Numbered from the stretch's first letter, positions 8,386 to 15,997 are shown. The stretch is DNA of 64,000 nt from a virus (IMGVR_UViG_3300010403_000021:64001-128000), one strand, 5' to 3'. Made by a program: numbers and translations. Notes: generated by a model not told the origin, from the sequence alone.

Positions 8386-8681
8386 GCAGGAACCCATTTT
8401 GTTACTAGAACTTCAATAGGCTTGACTAGAGACACGTCATAAAATTCATTATCACCGTCATCACCAGTCATAATATAAACTTCAAGTTCAATATGAAAAT
8501 CATCATTAATCTTGAAAATATAATGCTGAATGAATCCCCAACTCATCTCGTCGCCAATTTCACTTTCAATAAAAGTGAAATCATTGATCAAACCATTCTC
8601 TTGAGCACCATAAAGAGCATCCTCAGCGATATAATTCCTACCACTAGCATAACTTCTAAGATAATTAAGTAATTCTGTCAT
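8382..8681 (-). CDS. Hypothetical acidic protein
   Basis: ATGA-coupled ORF with GGAG RBS. Confidence 0.7.
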   Translation of the reverse strand: MTELLNYLRSYASGRNYIAEDALYGAQENGLINDFTFIESEIGDEMSWGFIQHYIFKINDDFHIELEVYIMTGDDGDNEFYDVSLVKPIEVLVTKWVPA

Positions 8682-9025
8682 TCAATCCATCTCCCTAATT
8701 GTCTACAAGCAAAAATGCTGCCATCTTCATTCCTCACGATATCATATGGGAAAACCAGGTCGTCTCGCTCTGGATAAGCCTGTGCTACCATCTGTGAGAC
8801 GACATAGAGCGTGTCTTTTAATTCTCTGGGTAGATTGTATGCATGAGTATATTCAACGGCTGAGATTGTGATTTCTGCACCTTGATAGTCAAGGATCTTC
8901 ACTCGTTCTGCGTGTTCGTGTAGCCTAACAGGTGTAGGACACGCAGGCAAGATAGTAACTTTTTTGTCTAACCCCACGATTTGCACCGGGTGGGGAGTAA
9001 GATTAACCAATTTCAAAGTTGCCAT
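8678..9025 (-). CDS. Conserved phage protein with N-terminal NLTPH motif
   Basis: 'LVNLTPHPVQI...YVVSQMVA...ERDDLVFP' family pattern; start re-set to MATLK. Confidence 0.75.
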   Translation of the reverse strand: MATLKLVNLTPHPVQIVGLDKKVTILPACPTPVRLHEHAERVKILDYQGAEITISAVEYTHAYNLPRELKDTLYVVSQMVAQAYPERDDLVFPYDIVRNEDGSIFACRQLGRWIE

Positions 9026-9377
9026 CAACCAATCTGCGAGGATTTGCATATGACTTATATGCTTCAACAAGTGGACTCGGATCTGTTTGTTCATACAAAC
9101 GATGCATTGTGTCTTTATCTGTCATGAAGACATCACCTTCAGGGCCATCTTCTTTCATGATAAACCAACCAGAAGGAACCTTGGTCCACTCATTTGTATC
9201 AGGAACAAGTACTTCCAGAATCATTCTGCTGGAAATAGATGCGTGATCAAAGCTGGCACGACATTCCCGCATAGGATTAAGCCATTTGCTTACTTCTTTG
9301 AATTCTTCAATTGATGTTCCGGTCCATAAAAAGCCGGTAAGTTTGATAGGTTTTGCTACAAATTTTCTTACTGTCAT
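9003..9377 (-). CDS. Conserved phage protein ('K...KP...W.G' family)
   Basis: 'RKFVAKPIKLTGFLWTG...WFIMKE..GDVF' pattern; ATGA overlap. Confidence 0.65.
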   Translation of the reverse strand: MTVRKFVAKPIKLTGFLWTGTSIEEFKEVSKWLNPMRECRASFDHASISSRMILEVLVPDTNEWTKVPSGWFIMKEDGPEGDVFMTDKDTMHRLYEQTDPSPLVEAYKSYANPRRLVDGNFEIG

Positions 9378-9634
9378 TGCAACCATCCTGTTTCTTTGAT
9401 CTTAATTAATTCGATAATATCATTTGATGACATATGACCATATTCATTTTCGAATTTCACTATTACTTTATTATTTTCTCTGTAGAAAACCGGTACATCT
9501 CTGTATCTATATTTCCAACGACTTAATACTGCCTTTTTGAATTCAGCTACGGATTTAAAATAACCCATAACCTCTTCTTCTTTGAATCTATGAGGATTAA
9601 ACTTTCTTGAATCTTTATATACTGCTCTGTACAT
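9374..9634 (-). CDS. Hypothetical protein
   Basis: 86-aa ORF. Confidence 0.65.
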   Translation of the reverse strand: MYRAVYKDSRKFNPHRFKEEEVMGYFKSVAEFKKAVLSRWKYRYRDVPVFYRENNKVIVKFENEYGHMSSNDIIELIKIKETGWLQ

Positions 9635-9826
9635 TTAATTCATCCATCCACGATGCCCATGATCGATTTCTCTTTGTTGATCTTCAGGAGTATCGAATAA
9701 TTTATAAGGCTTTTTATGGTGGTGTGGACCACCCTTGCGGTAAAACTCTACACCATCAGAGCCCACAAAGATAGATCTGTAGCATACGTAGCAAAAGCCT
9801 GCGTACCATCTGTCTCTAGCTCTCAT
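9635..9826 (-). CDS. Hypothetical protein with CxxC
   Basis: Start re-set to MRARDR (TGATG overlap with upstream small ORF). Confidence 0.55.
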   Translation of the reverse strand: MRARDRWYAGFCYVCYRSIFVGSDGVEFYRKGGPHHHKKPYKLFDTPEDQQREIDHGHRGWMN

Positions 9827-9981
9827 CAACGATCCCATCTGTCGTCAGCAGTCATCCATACATACTTCGGACCTGATATACAGATATACCTCAGTCCCCA
9901 TATAATATTGCATTCACCACAAATCCATAGATCATTTTCTTCAAAGTCTTTTTCGTCTGGTGTTTCACAATTATGTTCCAT
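9826..9981 (-). CDS. Small Cys-containing hypothetical protein, 51 aa (not in ORF track)
   Basis: Hand translation MEHNCETPDEKDFEENDLWICGECNIIWGLRYICISGPKYVWMTADDRWDR; AAGGA RBS. Confidence 0.65.
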   Translation of the reverse strand: MEHNCETPDEKDFEENDLWICGECNIIWGLRYICISGPKYVWMTADDRWDR

Positions 9982-9989
9982 ATTATTCC

Positions 9990-10169
9990 TTAATATGGCG
10001 GCGGATCAATAATACCAGCTCTATATGACTTATAAAGACGAAGAAAATCCATCATTTGATCTGCTGTATATTGATTGAATCTAATATTACGTTCCATACA
10101 CATTGCTTCAAAATCCTTGAGTAAATCAATCAAGGTAATTAGATTTTGCTTTGGTATTGATGTTCTCAT
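9990..10169 (-). CDS. Small hypothetical protein, 59 aa (not in ORF track)
   Basis: Hand translation MRTSIPKQNLITLIDLLKDFEAMCMERNIRFNQYTADQMMDFLRLYKSYRAGIIDPPPY; ATGA overlap. Confidence 0.65.
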   Translation of the reverse strand: MRTSIPKQNLITLIDLLKDFEAMCMERNIRFNQYTADQMMDFLRLYKSYRAGIIDPPPY

Positions 10170-10375
10170 TTCTTACTTCCAGTTCCAGCAGAAAATGCAT
10201 TTTTAATAGCATATTTTCTTCTATTATATAGATCTTTATTTCTTATATCTCTATTATGATGCAGTAAACATTTTGGATGTAAAAGTAAATTATCTTCTTC
10301 CAAAAAGACAAAATTCTTGCCAACTTGTTTTTTACATCTAGAGCATTTAATTATAATGTTTATTATTATCCTCAC
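10166..10375 (-). CDS. Small basic protein with CxxC...HxxC zinc-finger-like motif
   Basis: 'CSRCKK...HPKCL'; first gene after the leftward promoter; start uncertain. Confidence 0.5.
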   Translation of the reverse strand: MRIIINIIIKCSRCKKQVGKNFVFLEEDNLLLHPKCLLHHNRDIRNKDLYNRRKYAIKNAFSAGTGSKK

Positions 10376-10407
10376 TTCGTTCGGGTCTGTTCACTTCGTT
10401 CACAGAC
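10370..10407 (-). repeat. Tandem TCACTTCGTTC repeats forming two C-GAA-G triloop hairpins with tandem G.A pairs on the minus strand
   Basis: Minus strand CC-GA-AC-GAA-GT-GA-GG and GTCTGT-GA-AC-GAA-GT-GA-ACAGAC. Confidence 0.75.
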
Positions 10408-10433
10408 TAGCCTTATTTTCTTTTCAAAGTCAA
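10404..10433 (-). promoter_or_regulatory. Leftward HrdB/sigmaA-type promoter for the minus-strand arm
   Basis: Minus strand TTGACT-18 nt-TAGTCT, matching actinobacterial TTGACN/TAGNNT. Confidence 0.7.
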
Positions 10434-10741
10434 GGAGAAAGATTGTGTTGGGGCCGAAGGCCCTTAGATGATCATGAATTCCTTGATCTTTTTAAGAAGA
10501 TATATTAACTTATAATAGGTATTTTAAACATAGTTTAACCCATAGAGACAGTATCTCAGCCTCAACGGATGATCCGTCAATGGTACGATCCAGACCTGTT
10601 TCCCGAACACCCTTATATCTCTTGGCTTATGTAGGACCCTTTTGATAAAGAATAATGGGTTAATCTCCCGACCAGCCATTACTCAATACCCAGTTGTCTC
10701 CCTACCCCGGTTGCTCCCTGAATACACCATACAGGGGCAAA

Positions 10742-10779
10742 GAAAAACCCCTAGAGAGGACTCGACTTCTCTCTAGGGG
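10742..10779 (-). terminator. Intrinsic terminator (leftward)
   Basis: Minus strand CCCCTAGAGAG-10-CTCTCTAGGGG followed by TTTTTCTTT. Confidence 0.8.
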
Positions 10780-10820
10780 CCTTCAAATCTAAGGTCCGGG
10801 TATGTCTGTCGAGTCAACCC
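10742..10820 (-). ncRNA. Candidate ~80-nt small RNA or attenuator leader
   Basis: Bracketed by the promoter at 10827-10856 and the terminator at 10742-10779; no ORF; three hairpins. Confidence 0.5.
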
Positions 10821-10826
10821 GGAAGT

Positions 10827-10856
10827 ATCCTAACACAGAGACCGCGACCTAGTCAA
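10827..10856 (-). promoter_or_regulatory. Leftward promoter, back-to-back with a possible rightward TG-TATGAT promoter (10874-10879)
   Basis: Minus strand TTGACT-18 nt-TAGGAT with TG extension. Confidence 0.7.
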
Positions 10857-10943
10857 GCTGACCTCTGATGTGCTATGATCTTTCCATACAGATATTCTCT
10901 GTACAAGTAATACTATAACACAAGGGACCTAGGTAGCACAAGC

Positions 10944-11927
10944 ATGGATATGAGCTTTTATTGCAATGAAGGTGATTTAAATTTGAACGGTGGTTATGGT
11001 ATAGCAAGCTATAACATAATAACATCGTTACAAAAACTGGGACATGATGTGAAGTTTAATTCTCCATCAAGTCCATTACAATTATTCTTTTCTTTTCCGA
11101 CATTTTATGCAGATTTCATTAGACCTAATCAACATAAAATACACTTATTGGTTTGGGAATCAACTGAGTTTCCAGAAGGTTGGAAAGAGATATTAGAAGA
11201 AGTAGATGAAATCTGGACTGCTTCTAATTGGTGTAAACAGATTGTAGAAGATAATGGTTTTAAAGTAAGTAATGTATATCCGCATGGAATTGATCCAATG
11301 TGGAAGCCACGTAAACGTATCCGATCGGATAAGCTGAGATTTCTTCATGATGGAGAACCGGCGGTAAGAAAAGGTGGTCAGATAGCCTTTGATGCTTTTA
11401 AGGCTGCTTTTGGTGACTCCACCGATGTAGAATTAATTCTTAAAGCCAAACGATCATCATATGTCAGAAAATATGACAGAATGGGTTCCATCGTAGGTGT
11501 GCCTGATGGTAATGTGCGTGTGATTACCAACACATACGAAATTGAACAAATGGTGTCTTTGTATCATCAGTCTCATGTGTTGGTAAGTCCAAGCTACGGT
11601 GAGGGTTTCGGCTTCCCGGCATTGCAAGGATTGGCTACTGGGATGCCCGTAATAAGTACAGGGGAATGGGCACACTACAACAATTATTTAGGGCCTCTAT
11701 CGCTAAATAGTGCATATGTAACGAGCCCTTGGCCACAGGTACACCCCGGTAAAGTAGTCAAGCCTGACTTTGACCATTTGGTAGATCTCTATCGCTATGT
11801 GTATGATAACTATGAAGAGCTAGCCAAGACATATCATCAGCAATCTTTCGATATTCATAATGAATATGATTGGCTTAAATTGACCGAAAAAAGTTTTAGA
11901 AATATTTCCGATCGCTTAAGTATATAA
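10944..11927 (+). CDS. Glycosyltransferase, GT-B fold (GT4-like)
   Basis: 'GGYG..S', 'WESTEFP', 'YPHGID', 'RKGG', 'PSYGEGFGFPALQGLATGMPVIST'. Confidence 0.9.
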   Translation: MDMSFYCNEGDLNLNGGYGIASYNIITSLQKLGHDVKFNSPSSPLQLFFSFPTFYADFIRPNQHKIHLLVWESTEFPEGWKEILEEVDEIWTASNWCKQIVEDNGFKVSNVYPHGIDPMWKPRKRIRSDKLRFLHDGEPAVRKGGQIAFDAFKAAFGDSTDVELILKAKRSSYVRKYDRMGSIVGVPDGNVRVITNTYEIEQMVSLYHQSHVLVSPSYGEGFGFPALQGLATGMPVISTGEWAHYNNYLGPLSLNSAYVTSPWPQVHPGKVVKPDFDHLVDLYRYVYDNYEELAKTYHQQSFDIHNEYDWLKLTEKSFRNISDRLSI

Positions 11928-11947
11928 GCAGAATGGTATAATGAAAC

Positions 11948-12307
11948 ATGAAGCAATGTTATCTCTGTGAAAGGAATTTAACATTAGAGAACTTCAATAA
12001 AAAACGCAAGGAATGTAAAGAATGTTCCAAAGGCATGAAGCTTGAATATAGATATGGCATAACTCAGAAGAAATATAACGAGTTACTTATCTTACAAGGC
12101 AACGCCTGCGCAATATGCTTTAGATCTCCCGAGGATGTTGGAGTTTTAGTAGTAGACCACGATCACGCTTGTTGCCCAACTGAAAGATCATGCGGGGAAT
12201 GCGTTAGAAAATTACTTTGTGGCTATTGCAACACATCGATCGGTCTTATGGAAGACGATATTGAACGTCTTCTTATGGCTTCTGAATATTTGAAAAACTA
12301 TAGCTGA
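11948..12307 (+). CDS. Endonuclease VII-type HNH endonuclease
   Basis: 'YGIT..Y..LL..QG..CAIC', 'VDHDH.CC...CGECVRKLLC..CN..IG'. Confidence 0.9.
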   Translation: MKQCYLCERNLTLENFNKKRKECKECSKGMKLEYRYGITQKKYNELLILQGNACAICFRSPEDVGVLVVDHDHACCPTERSCGECVRKLLCGYCNTSIGLMEDDIERLLMASEYLKNYS

Positions 12308-12309
12308 CG

Positions 12310-12342
12310 GACAGGTAGCTAAAAGGCTACCTGTCTATTTTT
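12310..12342 (+). terminator. Terminator-like hairpin immediately upstream of the RNR RBS
   Basis: GACAGGTAGC-taaaag-GCTACCTGTC then TATTTTT. Confidence 0.6.
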
Positions 12343-12368
12343 ATCTAAAAGGAGAGGAGTTAACATTT

Positions 12369-14351
12369 ATGGCTAAGATTGACAAAGATGGTTATATCGA
12401 TAATGGATACCAACAATTCATCGCGACATCAAAATATGCTAGATGGAATGATGAACTTGGGAGAAGAGAAACTTGGCTGGAAACAGTCGACAGATACATG
12501 AATTTTATGCGTGAACATTTGCGCACTAATAACGACTATGAATTGACTGAAGCAGAATACAGTGAAATGCGCTCGGCTATCGCTACAATGGAAGTTCTTC
12601 CAAGTATGCGTGCGCTTATGACCGCCGGTCCGGCACTAAAAAAGAATCATATCGCTGCCTATAACTGTTCATACATCCCCGTTGATTCACCAAGAGCATT
12701 TGATGAAATACTTTATGTCTTGATGCATGGAACCGGGGTAGGATTCAGTGTTGAGTCAAAATATGTAGAAAAGCTTCCTGTTATTGCTGATGAATTTGAA
12801 AAAACTTCAACATTAATCGTTGTAGAAGATTCAAAAGAAGGTTGGCAGAAAGCGTTCAAGGAATTAATTGCTATGCTTTACGCAGGTAATATTGCAAAAT
12901 GGGATGTTTCAAAAGTACGTGAAAAAGGTGCTAGATTAAAGACTTTTGGTGGTCGTGCCAGTGGACCAGATCCCTTGGTTAATCTATTCGAATTTACCAC
13001 ACGTCTTTTTACAAAAGCAGCCGGTAGAAGAATTACAACAATGGAAGCTCATGATCTTGTTTGTAAAGTAGCTGAAATAGTAGTAGTCGGCGGTGTAAGA
13101 CGTTCAGCCTTGATCTCTCTATCAGATCTTAGAGATCCAGAAATAGCAAAATCAAAGGTAGGAGAATGGTGGACAAGCAATAATCAACGTGCTCTTGCCA
13201 ACAATTCAGCAGTTTATGAAAAGAAGCCAAGTCTTGGTGTATTTCTAGAAGAATGGACTAATCTATATGATTCAAAATCAGGAGAACGAGGAATTTTCAA
13301 TAGAGAAGCAGCAGCCAAAGCAGCCGGTAGATCTGGTAGACGTCAAATTGACGGAATTGAATTTGGAACAAACCCTTGTTCAGAAATTAATCTCAGACCA
13401 TATCAATTCTGTAATTTATCCACCATTCCAGTATCAGGACAAGACGACAACATCGATTTGGAAAGAAAAGTCCGACTTGCAGCTATATTGGGAACTTGGC
13501 AGTCTACTCTTACCAACTTCAAAGGCCTTAGAGCAATCTGGAGAAAGAATACTGAAGAGGAACGTCTGTTAGGTGTTTCAATGACTGGTATATTTGGTAA
13601 CACATTGCTTAATGGAAAAGATGCCGGTCTTTCAGAAAGACTTGAAAACTTTAAAGCTACAGCAGTTGCAACAAACAAAGAGTGGGCAACCAAACTTGGT
13701 ATTGCTCAATCAACAGCCGTTACCTGTGTAAAGCCGGAAGGTAATTCAAGTCAGCTTACAAATACATCATCTGGTATTCATCCTTGGTATTCAGAATATT
13801 ACATTCGTACTGTAAGATCTGATAAGAAAGATCCATTGGGTCAGTTCTTGCGTGATTCTGGGGTACCCTGCGAAGACGATGCAATGAATCCTCAAGTTGG
13901 AGATGTATTCTCATTCCCTATCAAAGCTCCAGAAGGTGCCTTGACTAGAGAACATCTAACTGCTATCGAACATCTTGAATTGTGGCTGACATATCAACGC
14001 TCATGGTGTGAACATAAGCCTTCAGTTACTATCAACGTCAAGGAAGATGAATGGTTGGATGTAGCAGCATGGGTTTACAGAAACTTCGATGAAGTAACTG
14101 GTGTTAGCTTCTTACCTTATTCAGATCACACGTATCAACAAGCACCATATCAGCCAGTTAATAAGGAAGAATATGAAAAAGCATTAAGTACAATGCCAGA
14201 GAAGCTTGAATGGTCTTTGCTTTCTCATTATGAACAAACTGATGCGGCTGTTACAGGAACAAAAGATCTAGCTTGTAGTTCCAATAATGGAATGGGCTGT
14301 GAAGTTGTCGATTTGGTTTCAGAGCCAATTGATATAAAACCGATTAGATGA
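12369..14351 (+). CDS. nrdJ: Class II (adenosylcobalamin-dependent) ribonucleotide reductase, monomeric type
   Basis: 'PSMRALMTAG', 'YNCSY', 'VVGGVRRSALISL', 'GTNPCSEI.LRPYQFCNL', 'TCVKP.G', 'WCEHKPSVT', C-terminal Cys pair. Confidence 0.95.
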   Translation: MAKIDKDGYIDNGYQQFIATSKYARWNDELGRRETWLETVDRYMNFMREHLRTNNDYELTEAEYSEMRSAIATMEVLPSMRALMTAGPALKKNHIAAYNCSYIPVDSPRAFDEILYVLMHGTGVGFSVESKYVEKLPVIADEFEKTSTLIVVEDSKEGWQKAFKELIAMLYAGNIAKWDVSKVREKGARLKTFGGRASGPDPLVNLFEFTTRLFTKAAGRRITTMEAHDLVCKVAEIVVVGGVRRSALISLSDLRDPEIAKSKVGEWWTSNNQRALANNSAVYEKKPSLGVFLEEWTNLYDSKSGERGIFNREAAAKAAGRSGRRQIDGIEFGTNPCSEINLRPYQFCNLSTIPVSGQDDNIDLERKVRLAAILGTWQSTLTNFKGLRAIWRKNTEEERLLGVSMTGIFGNTLLNGKDAGLSERLENFKATAVATNKEWATKLGIAQSTAVTCVKPEGNSSQLTNTSSGIHPWYSEYYIRTVRSDKKDPLGQFLRDSGVPCEDDAMNPQVGDVFSFPIKAPEGALTREHLTAIEHLELWLTYQRSWCEHKPSVTINVKEDEWLDVAAWVYRNFDEVTGVSFLPYSDHTYQQAPYQPVNKEEYEKALSTMPEKLEWSLLSHYEQTDAAVTGTKDLACSSNNGMGCEVVDLVSEPIDIKPIR

Positions 14352-14418
14352 TATAATCTAATCACCGGCCCCTTGTGACGGGAGAAATAACCTTCGTGTA
14401 TATTTCGCTACTTTAGGA

Positions 14419-14450
14419 CGAAAGCCAGACTGAAATATGTCTGGCTTTCG
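14419..14450 (+). terminator. 12-bp hairpin after nrdJ (likely terminator with weak U-tract)
   Basis: CGAAAGCCAGAC-8-GTCTGGCTTTCG then GTATTTT. Confidence 0.6.
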
Positions 14451-14488
14451 GTATTTTCAAGTGCTTTATAAAAATACACAGAATTTGT

Positions 14489-14517
14489 TTGCAATATACC
14501 CCTATCTATGTCATAAT
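14489..14517 (+). promoter_or_regulatory. Endolysin-proximal promoter
   Basis: TTGCAA-17 nt-CATAAT with TG extension; GGAGG RBS at 14524-14528. Confidence 0.65.
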
Positions 14518-14533
14518 CGATAGGGAGGCAAAA

Positions 14534-15520
14534 ATGGGAATCAGAGGAATTGACATTTCCAATCATCAGGCAACAATGGACGTCGAGCGTGTCGTTAGAG
14601 AAAACGATATTGACTTCGTCATTGTTCAGGCTAATGATGGAACGTTTAAAAATGTCTATTTTCAGAGTCAAATAAACGCGGCTAGAAGAGCAGGTGCTCT
14701 TGTCGCGGCTTATATGTATCAAAGACCAAATTGGCAACAGACCGTAGACAACTTCAAATCAATAGTAACCAAGGATATACCGGCTATTGTTGACGTTGAA
14801 GATGGTAGCGGTGATGCTGATATAACTTATAAGATTCATGAGGATCTTTGGAATAGTGGATATCGAACACCTACACTTTATCTACCCAAGTGGTATTGGG
14901 ATAGAATAGGCCAGCCAGGGCTACTTGGTTTGCCATCAATATGGAAGTCATGGTATCCAAATAATACTCCAGATACTTACGATAATCATTTGGCAAAAGT
15001 GCCATCTAGCGTATGGACTGGACACGGTGGGCTACCAGTAAATATTTTACAATTTTCCGGTACAGGAAGATTGAAAGGTTACGACGGGAATGTAGACTTG
15101 AATTACTTCCCAGGAACAAAAGAACAGCTAGCTAATATATTTGGACAGGAGGAAGACGAAGATATGGCAACAGCAGAAGAAATTGCAAAGGCAGTATGGG
15201 ATTATCAATTGGCATCATTGGTTGGTGAACCTGATGAAAAGGGTGAGTTCGGTAGTTGGACTACAACAGCAGGAAATGCTCTTTCATCATCATGGGCACA
15301 GATTTTTAATGCTACTGGTGTTTATGGTCCAAGCTTGGCGGCAGGTCTAGGTAAGGTAATCAATACACTTGAAGATCTAGCAGGAGCCGTTCCTGGTGGT
15401 GGAACTGTTCCAACCAAGGAAGAAATTCTAGCAGTAATAGAAAAAGCTATTAAGGATAAGGTTCGTGTAGTTGGATCGCTTCAGGTTGATGCAAGACCTG
15501 ATGGTTCACAAGGACAATAA
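14534..15520 (+). CDS. Endolysin, GH25 muramidase with C-terminal extension
   Basis: 'GIDISNHQ', 'DVED', 'YLPKWYW', 'LQFS.TG', 'NVDLN'; start at MGIRG with GGAGG RBS. Confidence 0.9.
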   Translation: MGIRGIDISNHQATMDVERVVRENDIDFVIVQANDGTFKNVYFQSQINAARRAGALVAAYMYQRPNWQQTVDNFKSIVTKDIPAIVDVEDGSGDADITYKIHEDLWNSGYRTPTLYLPKWYWDRIGQPGLLGLPSIWKSWYPNNTPDTYDNHLAKVPSSVWTGHGGLPVNILQFSGTGRLKGYDGNVDLNYFPGTKEQLANIFGQEEDEDMATAEEIAKAVWDYQLASLVGEPDEKGEFGSWTTTAGNALSSSWAQIFNATGVYGPSLAAGLGKVINTLEDLAGAVPGGGTVPTKEEILAVIEKAIKDKVRVVGSLQVDARPDGSQGQ

Positions 15521-15524
15521 AGCT

Positions 15525-15556
15525 AAGGCCGGTCAATGACCGGCCTTTTGCTTTTT
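15525..15556 (+). terminator. Intrinsic terminator after endolysin
   Basis: AAGGCCGGTC-aat-GACCGGCCTT then TTGCTTTTT. Confidence 0.85.
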
Positions 15557-15586
15557 CAATACAATTTAAGGTATAATCATATTATA

Positions 15587-15997
15587 ATGAATATTGAAGA
15601 CAGAGTTAATAAAATGTCTATGGATTTAGACAAAATTGTAGAAAAAGCATCAATATGGCAGAGTCTATTTGACGAATGTCCATTTGCTGTGGCTGTTTTC
15701 AATAATGAAATGAAATTTTTCATGGTCAATGATGCTTTTCAGCAATTAACAGGATTTGATGATCAAGATATCATAGGCCAAAGAGTCCAGGCTATTCTGC
15801 CAGATAGATTTAAAAGGATGCATAAGAGATATGAAAAAGACTATGCTATAAAACCAGAGAAGAAAGTCAATAGACATGGTATTGAGCCATACGTCTTGAC
15901 TAAAGACAAAGAAGAGATACTGGTCGATATAGATCTTTCTTATATTTTATATAACTCAAAAATCTACTATGTATCGTTCATTAGAAGAATTGTCTAA
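15587..15997 (+). CDS. Stand-alone PAS-domain protein
   Basis: 'QSLFDECPFAVAVFN..MKFFMVNDAFQQLTGF...IIGQ.V..ILP.RFK..H', 'TKDKEEILVDI.LS' PAS signature. Confidence 0.85.
   Translation: MNIEDRVNKMSMDLDKIVEKASIWQSLFDECPFAVAVFNNEMKFFMVNDAFQQLTGFDDQDIIGQRVQAILPDRFKRMHKRYEKDYAIKPEKKVNRHGIEPYVLTKDKEEILVDIDLSYILYNSKIYYVSFIRRIV

Noticed and set aside
10370-10940. tRNA or tmRNA in the central intergenic region
   Set aside because: Hairpins are present but there is no cloverleaf with T-loop (TTCRA) and acceptor stem.
12308-12368. Cobalamin riboswitch upstream of the B12-dependent RNR
   Set aside because: The intergenic space is only about 60 nt and has no B12-box-like sequence.
13720-13760. RNR motif variant TCVKPEGNS instead of the usual KPSGT
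   Set aside because: The catalytic NPCxE and other cysteines are intact; probably ordinary divergence.
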